Position numbers and translations under genes: made by a program. A DNA stretch of 64,000 bases from contig NC_045698.1 of assembly GCF_009834535.1 (NCBI RefSeq), positions 870,001-934,000 of the forward strand, written 5' to 3'. A model generated the notes under the pieces. The model was not told the origin of the DNA. It ran no database searches and saw only the letters and a program-made list of their open reading frames with translations. The DNA is from Camelus ferus (Eukaryota). Below are positions 48,430 to 60,733 of this stretch, one piece after another (the first letter of the stretch is position 1; each line of letters starts with the position of its first letter).

Positions 48430-48485
48430 GCGCAGGCGCAGGAAGGGCAGCGGCATGACGTGGGCGGGGCGGGGCGGGGCGGGCT
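48430..48485. promoter_or_regulatory. LPCAT1 core promoter motif cluster: NRF1-like GCGCAGGCGCA, ETS core GGAAG, TGACGTGG (CRE/UPRE-like), tandem GC boxes
   Basis: Plus strand gcgcaggcgca 48430-48440, ggaag 48441-48445, tgacgtgg 48456-48463, then gggcggggcggggcggggcggg; no TATA box seen. Confidence 0.6.
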
Positions 48486-49819
48486 CGGGAGGGGCTCCGC
48501 GTGAGCCCCGCCTCCCGAGGGCCCCGAGAGGCAGCCCCTCCGCGCTCCCCCGCCGCGCGCCCTGCGCCTGGGTTAGCTCGCGGGGACCAAGGCCGACCCG
48601 TTCCCAGGGGCGCCGAGGCCCTGGCGGAGAGCCTCCTGCTGTGGCCGGACCACTGGGCTTTGCCAGCCGGGCCTGGTCCCCGAGAAGGGGAGATCCGGCC
48701 CCCAGCGCAGTGCTGCCCGCCACGTCGCCCCCTTCCGCCGCTCAGGGTATGGACCCGGGGGCGGGGCCGTGGGGGGAAGGGAGAGTCAGCGACACGGGGA
48801 CAGAAGACCAGGAGGGCACGCGTTCCCATGGCGTGTGGGTGAGGAGCCCCCGGCAGTCCTGGTGCCAGGCCGCCCCAGCTGCCCAAATCCCGACGCACAC
48901 GAGGAACAGGCCCCAGCCAGGCCGCACGTGTGACAGGCCTGCAGGAGATTCCACTGGGTCCCCGCCCCAGACCCAGCTCCCGCGGCTTTTCTTCCGTCTG
49001 TCCTGTCCTCAGAAGGGCTCCCCTGGGCTGCTCCGTGGTCCTGCCAGTCCTGGCTGTGAGCTGCACTAGGAGACCCTGAGGGCAGGCCTCATCCCGGACT
49101 CTCCAGGTCCTCTCGGGCCACAGGGTCCATTCGGGTGGTGGGCCCCGGCATGTGCGGACTGGGACCCAGTGATCTGAGAAGCAGGTGATGAATTGTTCCC
49201 ATTCCCTAAGGACTCTGGTTCATGGAATAACACCTGTGGGTGAAGGGGGGTGCTGGGGGTCCCTATTTGTGGCACAGCACTAACCAGGGCAAAAGCAAAA
49301 TAGCTCCCTCTTCAAAATTTATAAATTTCAAAACTTCACTGCAAACCTTTTGCAGTGAGAACAGCTACATTTCTGCACGTCTCTCCCTGCGGCCCTGACA
49401 GGCAGGAGACGGAAGGCGTGAGCTGGCATGGGCTGCGGGTGAGGAGAGGCTGGCGTACAGCAGCAGCCCCGTCAGGTCACACGTGGACGCCTGGAACCGC
49501 TGGGAGGAGCCCAGCTCTTCTGGAGTGCTCTGGGGCTGCCTGCCTGACCTCTCCAAGGCCCTGGGCTCCTGGGGGCACCTGTGTTCTGCCTGGGTAGTGG
49601 GTCAGGGAGTGGTTGACCCTCCGAGAACCCAACCTGCACCCTCGTGGACGACATGGTGAAGTATCTCCATGCTGAGGGTCCTTCTGTGTTTCGATGGAGA
49701 GAGAAGAGCCCAGGGACCCAAAGGGAGGCCATGGTCCTGCTGAAGTCTGCGGCATCCTACACACACCGTCAGTGTGGAAGGGAAAGAGCGGGGTGGGGTC
49801 CGAACTTCTTCAAAGCCTC

Positions 49820-49885
49820 ATGCTTGACCTGGGCAGGTTACCTCTCCTCGGGACCTTGGCTGTCACATCTGCAAACAGAGCAGCG
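49820..49885 (+). mobile_element. MIR core fragment
   Basis: tgacctgggcaggttacctctcctcgggaccttggctgtcacatctgcaaa resembles the MIR core. Confidence 0.5.
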
Positions 49886-51057
49886 TCTGCCTCTTCCCCG
49901 GTGTCGCGATGACCCAGAAGCCTGGGGATTTGCTGGTGAACTCCAGTAGGCCCCATTTCCCTTGTCTCTGAAGCCATAAGCCATTCAGTTGCCAATTGCT
50001 CTGACCACAGAAACGAGCCGAGCTGGGAGAGCTGGTGGGCTGGGCGACGGGCTGTGCGGCGGGAGGGGAAGCTGGGTGGAGGGTGCAAACTGAAGGACAC
50101 TCACCTCATCAAAACCAGCAGGGCCCTGGGGACCTGAGTGGCCCAGGAGGGCGGAAGCATCCCGGAGAGTGGACCACAGAAGGGACCACAGAAGGGGCGA
50201 GTCCGTGGACAGCAGGGCCAGGGAGTCAGGGGTGAGTCTGAAGTTACCTCCTCGGGAGGATGACCAGGGTAAACCTGGAATGGCCACTCAGCAGTGGGAT
50301 CAGCAGTCGAGACCAGCCTGTGGTGAGCTGTGGTGTGGACGGGGAGATTTAAGAGCCTCTTTCTGGGAAGCTGTGTGATAGAGGATGGGGGAGGGGGTTA
50401 GGAGCCAGGACAGGCTCTTTAGGGAGGGGCTTGGGCATGAAGGCAAAGAGCCAGCCCTGCAGGGGAGGCTGAAACCCCTGTTGTGGCCCCATCTGGGTCC
50501 TAAAAGATCCTGGGTCAGGCGAAGGGATGGGCTGGGAGTCGGTTGGGGACCGCTCCCCACTGCAGCTGGAGAGGAAGACAGTAGTCACTGGGTGGGTTAC
50601 TGCTGAGGCTGAGGGTCCTGAGTGGGTGGGGAAGTCAAGGGCTGTCCCCAGTGGTCTAGAGCTGGCCTGGAGTGGTGAAGGCAGGGCTCAGCGCCCCGAG
50701 TGTGGGTGCCCCACAGAGGAGAGGGCTGGGCTATGGGCTCCGGACTGGCTGGTCTGCATCTGGAAGGTGCGCTCCCGGAGGAGTAACCCTAAGAGCAGTC
50801 CCTCCAGCGTCAGCAAGGCCCCAAGATGTCAGTGAGTCAGGAAATACAGAAAATAAAAAAACATAGTCAATACAGAACACACAGATGCTTTGCAATTTCA
50901 AGCATTGTTTTTTCACCAATAGTTATTCTTTCATTTATTTAGGTCTTCTTTTTAATTCTTTGATAGTGTTTAAAATTTTTTTCTACATAAAGATTTCACA
51001 TTTTACTAGATTGATTCCTGGATGTGTTGTAATTTTGCAGTGGTAAAATAAAGGAAT

Positions 51058-51330
51058 CTATTTAAAAATTTAAAAAATTTTTATTGAAGTGTAGTTGATT
51101 TATACTGTTAGATTCAGATGTACAGCAAAAAGATCCAGTTATACATATATATATATATATAATTGTTTTTCTTTTCAGATTCTTTTCCATTATATGTTAT
51201 TACAAGAAATTGAATACTGTTCCCTGTGCTCTACAGCAGATCCTTGCTGTCTATTTATTTTATGTAGAGTAGTGTGTATCCGTTAATCCCAAACGCCTGT
51301 TTTATCCCTCTCCCAGCCTTTCCCCCAAGG
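51058..51330 (-). mobile_element. LINE-1 3' UTR fragment (laurasiatherian type)
   Basis: Reverse-complement L1 3' end pattern tttttattgaagtgtagttgatttat...ttccctgtgctctacagcag. Confidence 0.8.
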
Positions 51331-51389
51331 AATTTTTTTAAAGTCACTCTTTCTAATTGTTTGTGGCGCATGTTAGACGGCGGGGAGGA

Positions 51390-51570
51390 GGGGCCCTGGA
51401 GGATGCTCCGGCCCCAGGGGGACACGGCCCCAGGATGATGCAGCTGAGTGTCGGACCCCAGCACGTGCAGAGAGCAAGTGTCCAGGAGAACCACAGAATC
51501 CTGAGAAATAATCGATGGTGTGGTTTCCAGTCGCTGGTGGTGGTACGGTCTGGTAAGTATCAACAGCGTC
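51390..51570 (+). mobile_element. MLT1-like LTR 3' fragment
   Basis: ccacagaatcctgagaaataatcgatggtgtggtttccagtc resembles the MLT1 3' end. Confidence 0.4.
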
Positions 51571-51698
51571 TTTCAAAAAGGATGTTTTAAATTTTGATGA
51601 AGTCCAGTTTATCAATATGTTTCTCTTATGAATCATGCTTTTTATATCCTTTTTGGAAGTATTTACCTACACCAAGGTCATTAAGATTTTCTTATTTC

Positions 51699-52062
51699 CT
51701 AAGTCAGACGGAGAAAGACCAATACTGCATGACATCACGTACTTGCAGAATCTAAAAAACGCAACACAGCTAGTGACTATAACAAAAAGTAAACAGTCTC
51801 ACGGTAGAGAACAAACTGGTGGTTACCAGTTGTGTGGGGGGGGGCGGTGTAGGGGTAGGGGGTTAAGAGGTACAAGCCACGATGTACAAAATAAATAAGC
51901 CAAGGATATATTGTGCAGCACGGGGACTGCGGCCAGTATTTTATAGTAACGGTAAATGGGGTAGAACCTTTGAAAACTGTGAATTACTGCATGGGACACC
52001 TGTACTTTATATAATATTGGACATCAACGATACTTCAGTAAAAAATAATGAGTAAAACAAAA
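51699..52062 (+). mobile_element. LINE-1 3' end inserted into an older L1, flanked by a 16-bp TSD
   Basis: Begins aagtcagacggagaaagaccaatactgcatga (ORF2 end) and ends in an A-rich tail; TSD aagattttcttatttc 51683-51698 / aagatttcctgatttc 52063-52078 (14/16 identical). Confidence 0.85.
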
Positions 52063-54611
52063 AAGATTTCCTGATTTCAGAAGTTGTATAGTTTTAGCTT
52101 TCACATTACAGGTCTGCATTCCATTTCAAGCTAACGCTTGGGGGGGCCTGGAGTGAGGATGGAGGCTGCATGTCCGGCACCGTTTGTCAGTGTGAACATC
52201 CTCGCCCTATTGACTTCCCTCGACAGCTCTGTGATGTGCACATGTGGGTCCGTCTCTGGACCCTGCATGCTGACACCCGTGCTGGTATCACACCGCCCTG
52301 ATTACTGACGCTTTAGGTTAAGCCTTGAAATCAGATAATGTGAATCCTCCAAATGTTCCTCTGCCAAAACTGCTTCGACCCACGTGGAGCCTTTCACTTC
52401 CCATATAAACTTCAGAATGAATTTGTTAGTATCCCAGAAACACTTGTTGGGATTTCTCATGAGATTGTGTTGAATCTGCTGGTCGGTTTGGGAAGATCAA
52501 CCTCTTGGTAACGTGGTTGCCCGTCCCTGAGTGTGGTGCGCATCGCATTGATCTAGGTTGTCTTCCATTTTCTCAGCAGCGTTTTATCACTCTTGCTTAT
52601 CGTCTGCAGGTCTCACCTCTGCTTGTCTAATTCTGCCCTTCATTGTATTATGTTTTGATGCTGTTGTAAATGAGATTGTTTCTATTTCAGTTTCCAGAGT
52701 CTGTTGCTAGTGTCCAGAAGCACAACTGAATTCCGTATGTTTGCGGTGTGTGCTTCGCCCTTGCTAAGTTCATGCATTAATCCTGTAGCATGTTTGTGGA
52801 TTTCTTAAGACTCTCCCGACTCACAGCCACGCTACCCTGGGGAGGAAGATGGTTTTATTTTTTCCTCCTCATCCTGTGTGCCTTCATGGCTGTTATCTCC
52901 TTGCACTGACTGACACCCGCTGCCCAGTGCTGATCAGGGTGGTGCCTCGTTACCAATTTTAGGGGAAAACGTTCAGTCTGGACGTTAGCTGTGCATTTTC
53001 AGAGGCACATTTAGTAAAGTGGAGGACGTTGCCTTCTGTTCCCGGTTTGCTGAGAGTTCTCGTCATTCTGTCAAAGCTCTGTTGTATAGTTCTTCTCCTT
53101 CATTCAGTTAATATGTTGGATTAAATTGGTTGATGTTCCAATCTTAAACCAACCTTGTTTTTCTGGATAAGCCCCAACTTGATCACATAGAATTATATTT
53201 GTTTTTAACTATGTCTTTTGTGATTGTTTTTAAAGCTATCATTTAAAAATGAATCATGTTTTTTTGTGTCATATCTCAAGAATCCTGCTTAACCCAAGGT
53301 CACAAATACTTTCACCTATTCTCTTCAAAAAGTTTTATAATTTTATATTGTACATTTAAGTATGTAATCCTTCCTGAGCTACTTTTATATGATATTATAC
53401 ATACACATATATACATACACACAGAAGGGTTTTACAATTTTTTGCGCATGGTATCTGTGGTTCCGTACCGTTTATTGTAAGCACTACCGTTTCCCCACGG
53501 AACTGCATGCGCACCTTTGTCAGGAGCCAGCTGACAGCATGCATGTGCTTCTGTTTCCGGGCAGTCTGTCCTGCCCCGTTGATCTGTTTATCCATTTTAG
53601 CGCCCAGCCCGCCCCGCCTTGATCGCAGGAGCCCTACAACACGTCTTGAGGTCGCTTAGTGCTGGTCCTCAGGCTTGGTTTTCCTTTTTGAAAGTCGGTC
53701 CAGCTGTCCCAGGTCCTTTCCATTTCCACGTGAATCTTAGCATCAGCCGTGACTTTCCACAGAAAACCCTTCTGCCATTCTGAGTGGGACTGTGTTGCTC
53801 TGGATTTCGAATCACTTTGGGAGAAGCGACATCTTAGCAACCTCGAGTCTTGTGGTCCGTCAGCGTGCGTGTGTCGCAGCTTGTTAAGGTTTTCTTCGCT
53901 TTCCCTCGGCTCAGGGTGGAAATCTTGAACGCCTTCTGTCGGGTTTATCACAGCGCATTGAGTTTCTGGTGCTGCTGCACGTGACACTTGAGATGTCCGT
54001 TCTGATTGTTCATTGCTCGTGTGTAGGAGGGCATCTCACTTCTCGTGCAGATCTTGTGTCGTGAACTGACCAGGCTCCCTTGTGAGTTCTAGTAGCGCTC
54101 TCGTAAGCTCTGTGTCTTCTAGGCAGAAGACCGTGCTCTCTGCAAATAAAGGCATTTTCACTCCTCCTGTTCTCATGTTCTGACTTGGATCCCTTACTTC
54201 TCTTACTGGCTGGAACCCTGAGTGAGCTGTTGGACAGAAGTGGTGACAGTGGACAGCCCTGCGTTTCCCACTTGGGCAAAGCACGTTATCCTTTTCCTTA
54301 TGCTGCTGGAGGCTGTGTGCAGACGCTTTAAATGGCGACGTGCCTGCGTATTCGAGCAGGCACAGCGTCCTCTCCTGCAGCGTCCACGTCTGGCTTCGGT
54401 GCCAGCGCAGCGCTGGCCTTTAGGAAGGGCTGTTTAGTTCTTCCGGAGTTTCTGGGCGAGTTTGCGTGGTGCCGGCATCACCTCTTCCTCAAATGTTTGG
54501 CGGGGGTTCCTGTGAAGCCACCTGGTGTCATTTTCTTTCTGGGGCCATTTTAATTCAAATTCAGATTCTTTAATAATCAGAGCGTAGTGCCCGTGAGCCT
54601 TTAATCGCCCT

Positions 54612-54786
54612 TTTCTTCCTCCTGGAAGGACGCAAGGCTCGTTCTGACTTAGGAGGATCTCACCTTGAGCTTTTACCTTAATTTCACCTGCAAAGACCCT
54701 GTTTCCAAATAAGGTCACATCCGCAGGTACTGGGGAGCGGGACTTGGGCATGTCTTTTTGGGGGGGACACCGTCCAGCCCACTGCA
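54612..54786 (-). mobile_element. MLT1-like LTR 5' fragment
   Basis: cctgcaaagaccctgtttccaaataaggtcacat...gggacttgggcatgtctttttgggggggacacc. Confidence 0.7.
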
Positions 54787-57349
54787 GCCCTCACAAATCT
54801 TGGGCAATTTTGGCAAAATCCATGACTAGATGTTAAAGATAAAAGCCAGTGTGTGTCGGCTCCACGTGACCCCTCTGTCCACGGCATCACTCTGTTGAGA
54901 TCAGAGCTCAGGGCTCCCTTCCTCAGTGGGCTGGGGGTTACCACCTCCATGGAAGCGGCTCAACCAAGGAGCCCTCTTCCAAAAGCAGCCTAGTGAGTCT
55001 GCAAAGGACGGCTCAGGAACCCTGCACGATTTCCACCAGCTCTGGGGAGCGAGTTCGTCTGTGGGCCGGCAGCCCCTCTTGCCCTCAGGCTTTGTCTCAC
55101 TGCAAGTTCCCCACCATCCTCATTACATTTGCTCGACAGGCCTTTAGGGCAGTCTTCCATACACATCTGGCCTTAAGATGCCCAAGCAACCAGTTTGCTG
55201 CAGACTGTCCCAGTCCTCAGCATCTTCTCCAAAACTGCCCACGCCTGGCCGACTGAGCACCTGCGGGCATCTGCTGTGTGTCTGGTCCTGGGAGCCCCCG
55301 TGAGGGAGGCGTCCAGCTGCAGTGCTCCCGGTGAGCCGGGGGACGGGGCTGCTGGGTCTGTGTTCTGCCCCAGGACCCCCCACCCCCGTGCAGGGAACAA
55401 CTGTCAACGCGGCAGAGGTGACTGTGCAGGCGAATGAGTTTCTAAGACCGTGAAGTATTCCCTGCTGTGCTTTTGTATTCAACTCAGCATTGCTGCAGCT
55501 TGGACAAAAGGAAGAAAATATTGCCTATTTGGGGACTTCAACGTGTCAAAACACAACATCGAAGCAGGTCAACCAGCTAAAAGCCATTGCACACACCTGC
55601 GGGGTGGGTCCTGTGCACAGGAGAGTCACTTCCTCTGCAGTCAGTTTGGTTTCAAGGTGCACACCCAATACAGAAACACAGGGAAGCACTGCTTCATAGA
55701 CTAAGGAATGTACACTGATGGTTCCTTGAAACAAAGATAACGCAGACATCTCGGTGTCCCTGAGTGCCCAGTGGAAGTCCTGTTTCTCCGCCTGTGTGAG
55801 GGTGAGGGTGGCTTCTGGCTGGAGGGCCTTCCAGAGCCCTCCCTCCTCCCCAGGCCAGCAGAGGCCGGGGCACTGGCCATGAGGGCATCCAGCTCCATCC
55901 AGCGTCCTGGCCCTTGGGGTGTCGTTGCCGAGCCGGGCTGCCCGGGAGCTGGTGACCCAGCCAACGTCACTCCCAGCCTGGGTCGGTTTGGTGCCCTCAG
56001 CACAGGCTTTTCTCTGGCGACCCCGCGTGGGCCCAGAACTGGCCAGAAGTGGCAGTGTTGTGTGCCCAGGGCAGCAGAAGGTGGCCTTCTCTGGATGGTG
56101 GGCACCGTGGCACCCATCTCCCCTGAGAGCTGGAGCTGGACAAGCCCTGAGCCCAGTGCCCTCAGACCCCTCTCCCTCCTGTGGCCACCTGGGCTCTGCG
56201 CGGCGCCGGGGTCCTTGTCCCTCAGCATCTGGACGCTCAAGGGCATCTCGCTGCTGCCCTCGCCCCTCCTCAGAGCCTTTCTCCTTGGGCTTCCTGGGGC
56301 CGGGAGTCTCCTGCCACCTTCCTGGCCTTGGCGGGTGACGCCTGCTCCCTCATCCACCCCTTGACAGCACCTTCCCCAGGCTCCCCCTCCCCTCCAGGCC
56401 TCTTGTTCCCTCCCTCCCTCCCCTCCTCCTCACTCCGGCAATATAGGGCCGTTCTACAGACAGAAAAATTGAGACACAAGAAACAGCGGCCGAGATCCTA
56501 GTCAGGACTGTGAAGGCTGCGGCCGTGACTCTCATGGGCTTTTCCCTCTGCTCGTGTGTCAGGACGGACGGTGTCCTGTGGTCACTCACGGCTGCAGGCT
56601 GCCTTCTCGACACAGGTCTTAGTTTTACAGAGCTTGGACTTGGATTTCAGATAAAACCGTCTTCCTCAGAGACACAGACATTTGACATCAAGTAAGGACA
56701 CAGAGACTTGACATTGTTTTATATTTTATTTGTAATTTTCGACTCATTTACTTTTCAATGATCATTTAATGTCACCCTCACCACACAGGTGTGTGACGCC
56801 GACAGCGTGCCGGCGATCCACGCCACTGTCCTGGAGACGCAGGTTTAAGGGGCCCCTGGGGATTTAAAGTCTCATCAGTCCAGGCGGCAGCCTCCCTTAG
56901 CAGTGTCGCCTGTCCCACCTTCCTCGGCAGGAAGATGGTTCTCCTCGGCGTGGAGCACAGTCTGAGACGCTGCTCGTTTCAGGGGGCCTCTGGGCAAACC
57001 AAACCGCCTTAGAAACTCAGAGGCACAGCTCCTTCACATGCTGGGCTTGCAGAGCTAGTGTTTGCAGGTAAGTTTGCTTCCTAAAATGCCCCCCCAAAAG
57101 CACACATATGAAAACATGTTCTCAAAACCGTGCTGTCTTATGAAAAAAAATTGCTCGCAGTAACTCATTCCAGTTGACTTTGAGAAATAGTGTGTTGAAT
57201 TATTTTCAACAAATTTGCAAAGAAAAATCTCACTTTTCAGAGGAAAGGCATGTTCCTGAAGGAGGAGATCGACGGTGAGGAGGGGACAGAGGCCAGGCCA
57301 CATCCTTCCTCACCTCGTTAGTGACAGAACATGTACATCTCAGAAGGAA

Positions 57350-57755
57350 GTATTGTCACCCGGGATAAAGATGGCATTTCCCAGCCTACCAGCCAGTTAG
57401 CTGTACTCATGTGACTCAGTTTGGAGCCAGATGGGACACAAGCACAAGATTTGTGGGACTTCTGGGAAGCACCCTTAAGGAGAGGGTGCTTTCCTAATGG
57501 CTGGAAGGTGAATGTAATGGCTGGAGCTACAGCATCCATCTTGGGCCATGGAACAATTTTCGGAGTGGAAGGCGTGCTACCAGAGCAACCAGAGAGACGG
57601 AGCCTGAGTTCCAGACCTCGTGGAGCGTGGACGGTGCCCCCAAACCTGGGGCTGCCACTGGACTTCGTGACTGGGAAGAAGTGAGCTTCTAGCTTCAAGT
57701 TGTTGCCACTTTGGATCTTTCTGCAACTTGCAAGTGAACTTAGTCCTGATGAAAG
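57350..57755 (+). mobile_element. Old MaLR LTR (MLT1J/K-like)
   Basis: catttcccagcc...catgtgactcagtttggagcc...aatggctggagctacagcatccatcttgggccatgg. Confidence 0.6.
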
Positions 57756-60292
57756 AACAGGCCGCTAGGGATGCTTGGACTGAAAAAGCAAAGCTCGGGA
57801 AGATGTGGTTTTGATCCTTTGATGTCAGACTAGCATTTCGGCACTGGCCGCTGTGTACTGAGACTGCGGAGCCCTTTGAGGTCCCTCTGGCCGTCCCTGC
57901 CACCTGCTTCCTCTCTCAGCCCCGAGCCGTCCTCGCCCCAGTTTCCACAGGGCCCCTGGCCCGACCCCCTCACCCCTTCCCACACTGCTTCACTCCCCGA
58001 AGCCCCTGCTGTCCCTTCAGGAGAGCCCCCCGCCCTCAGTGCTCTGACGCCCCGGGACTTCTTTATTCATTGCGAAGCCTGAGAACGTTGTAAGGCACCA
58101 GGAGACGTTTCTCAAAAGTGTCACCTTTGCTCTAAGCTCTGGGGACATTTTGGTTGTATCATATCATTGTCTGAAAAAAAAGAGAGAAGAGACGCATTTG
58201 GAGAACTCAAACGTTCCTAGACGGTGTAGTGGCATAAATCTGCACACTCGCGATCTGACGAGCCTCGGTGCAGCCAGGGCCGGGGTGCTCGGGGTGGGGA
58301 TGGGGTTCTGCCTCCAGCTGGGGGAGGACCCTGCACTGTCACAGGTGGGCCCAGCAGGTGCGTGTGGGGAAGGACCTGCTGGAAAGACCCAGAAGCTGGA
58401 AGAAGGAAGCGGTAACTCCTGCTGGAAGGTCAGGAAGGTGTCCGAGGAGGAGAGGGCATTTGAGAAGGTCTGAAAGGGGTCCAGGAGGAAAGCAGGGAGA
58501 GGCGCTGAGAACACCACTCCCTCCAGTGGAGGCCTGTCTTGTGAGGCCCAGAGCCAGGCCCAGCAGGGGTCGGCTGGGGGTGGGGTCGGTGTGAGCCCCC
58601 CTGCCCCCTCGCCTCCCTCTGGGGTGTGATTGCTGGGCACCGGGTCTTCGGCGAGGACTCTTACGCTCGAGGGCAGCGTCGCAGCCCTCACTCAGCCCGG
58701 AGCTGAGGGGCAGCGCGGATGGGCGAGCTGGGCAGTGGGGCCGCGGGCAGCCCTGAGTCCGCTGCTCGCAGCCTGTGCCCGCACGCAAGCCCGTACCTCG
58801 TGCAGAGCTGCCCCGCACGCACGGCTGCACGCACGCCTGCCCTCCTCACGCCCCTCCCCTCTGTGCACGGACGCCCCGGCGGTGGCCGCCCAGGGCTTCA
58901 CTCGGTACGAGTGGTTCTTGCTTCAGCAAACAGGGACAATACCCCGTGCCGGAAGTGCTTGGTCTCCGGGAGCAGGTGCAGGGAACCACCTGACGCCCCG
59001 GCTTTCGGGGCGCCGGTTGCGACAGGACCCTTGTGCACATTTCAGTCCTTAAGTCGATAAGGCTGAGAACTCGCGTTGGGTCAGACGTCTTTTACAAGCC
59101 ACTTGACCTTAAAGACTCGATAAAGAGGGCGTATCCGGTGAAACAGTAGAGGAGAGCAGCCCCGGTGCTTGAGGAAGGACCACGAGGCGGAACTGGGCGC
59201 GCCGGCCTCGCGGCCGGGAGGCTTGCGCAGCCCGACCTGAAGCAGCGTATCTTCCACTTCATCGTGTTTTTCCAACGGTCTCCACTTAGAGCGTGCACAG
59301 ATAGCCCCAGGGAATCTGCTTATTCTGCATTCGTGTTTTTCAAGCTGGAAAGGAAGTACTTCCATGTGTCCGCGATGCCAGTCCCTTTGGTGAGGGCGAG
59401 GTTGCTGCCTGGCAGTGGTCCGGGCAGTCCCCCTCCCCCCACCCTGGCTCAGAATTAAGGGTTGTCCTGGAAACCCACTGGTAACCAGCTGGTGACCCCC
59501 TGGCTGGGACGAGCCAGCACCAGCCCCTAGCCCTTCCTAATCACGCAGCTGCCTTCTGTGACGTGAGGGGCTGAGGCTCAGGAGCTGGGGCTCTGCGATG
59601 CCCCTGGGGGGTCCGCGGCGCCCCGTCCTCGCCTGTGAAGCAGGGGTCAGCTGGGCCCGCCTGGAGGGTGTGTGCGTCTCTGGTGAGTGCAGGCGAGGTG
59701 TGTGGAAGGGCGCCAGGCGCGGCCAGGGCTCCAGAGCCCTCGCAGTCTCGGGGGGGTGGGGTGGGGGTGGGGGGCGCGTCTTCCCAGGCCGGTGCCCTGT
59801 GCACGGACAGGCGGGAACTCGGGCGGACGAGGGCGCGGCTCTGAGATCTCAGGACAGCCTTCTCTTTGCTGCAGCCGGGAAGCGCAAAGCGTGGGCTGCT
59901 TTGTGGAAGCTAGGGCGTTAGTCGCAGTTCTTTGAGAGCTGGATCCGGGACCAGCAAGTGGGGGTTTTTGGAAAGCTGGTGTGATTTCAGCTGGCGACAA
60001 GGTGACTGGGGAGAAAGCACTGCCAATGCGGCTGCACTTAGCAGAGTCCCGACCACCGTGCGCGCCTCAGCCCCTTCGGACAGGCGACTTCCTTCACACT
60101 CACACCTGGCCACGCTGGGTCCTGCCCTGATGGCGCGGCCCCCAGACCTCACCTCCACGTTCGGGTTTGTCGCCGTTCAGCACGCACGCACCCCGGACGT
60201 GCACCCCGAGCGCGGGCGCACAGCGACGTAAGCCCAGTGTGCGACGGCGCCCGCGTGCAGACGGGGCGCTGGGAGAGGAGCCTCTGCCCCCC

Positions 60293-60335
60293 CGGGGCCG
60301 CCGGGCCGCCGGGCCGCCGGGCCGCCGGGCCGGGC
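60293..60335. repeat. (GGGCCGCC)n 8-bp tandem repeat
   Basis: cggggccgccgggccgccgggccgccgggccgccgggccggg. Confidence 0.8.
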
Positions 60336-60703
60336 CAGGCCTTCAGACGGCTCGTTTCCGCTCGCAAGCCTGGGTTCTCTATGAAGGGGGTTCATACGAT
60401 GGCCCGGCTCAAGGGTTACTGCAGGCAGCATCTTGGTGTCGAACTTCAGCAAAAGCGGGGCTTGCAGAAAGCTCTTAAGACACGGCCACCGTCAGCATCG
60501 GCACGACAAGCATGAACGACCTTCCCCACCGACACGCGGAGTCCAGCTGCTTGTCACGCTCTGCGCCCGCCGGGGGGCTTCCTTCCCTGTCTCATGGCGT
60601 CTAAAGCCTGGCCTGAGCCTGGGTCAGGACCTGCTCAGGGTTCATGACCGGTGGCCCATCCGCACCGCAGCCTCTCGGGGGCGAGCTGGGCTGATGTTCT
60701 GCA

Positions 60704-60733
60704 GTTGTTGTTGTTGTTGTTATTGTTGTTGTT
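60704..60733. repeat. (TTG)n microsatellite
   Basis: gttgttgttgttgttgttattgttgttgtt. Confidence 0.85.

Larger units (their letters stand above)
47740..48800. promoter_or_regulatory. CpG island spanning the LPCAT1 promoter, 5' UTR and exon 1
   Basis: Very high G+C and dense CpG around the start codon; boundaries judged by eye. Confidence 0.9.
50890..54600 (-). mobile_element. Cluster of old, decayed LINE-1 ORF2 fragments (at least two copies) with nested younger insertions
   Basis: Minus-strand translation remnant TQGCPLSPLLSN resembles the L1 RT motif RQGCPLSPLLFN; other remnants INPTEGVQDF...EENLNK and DKQING...; T-rich antisense L1 texture. Confidence 0.8.

Noticed and set aside
47981..49069. 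362-aa plus-strand ORF, and a long N-terminal extension of the minus-strand ORF, over the promoter
   Set aside because: Arg/Gly/Ala/Pro-rich translations of a CpG island depleted of stop codons; LPCAT1 homology begins at the ATG at 48277
55450..55704. GDFN tetrapeptide (APE-endonuclease-like) in a short plus-strand ORF
   Set aside because: No other endonuclease motifs nearby; probably chance
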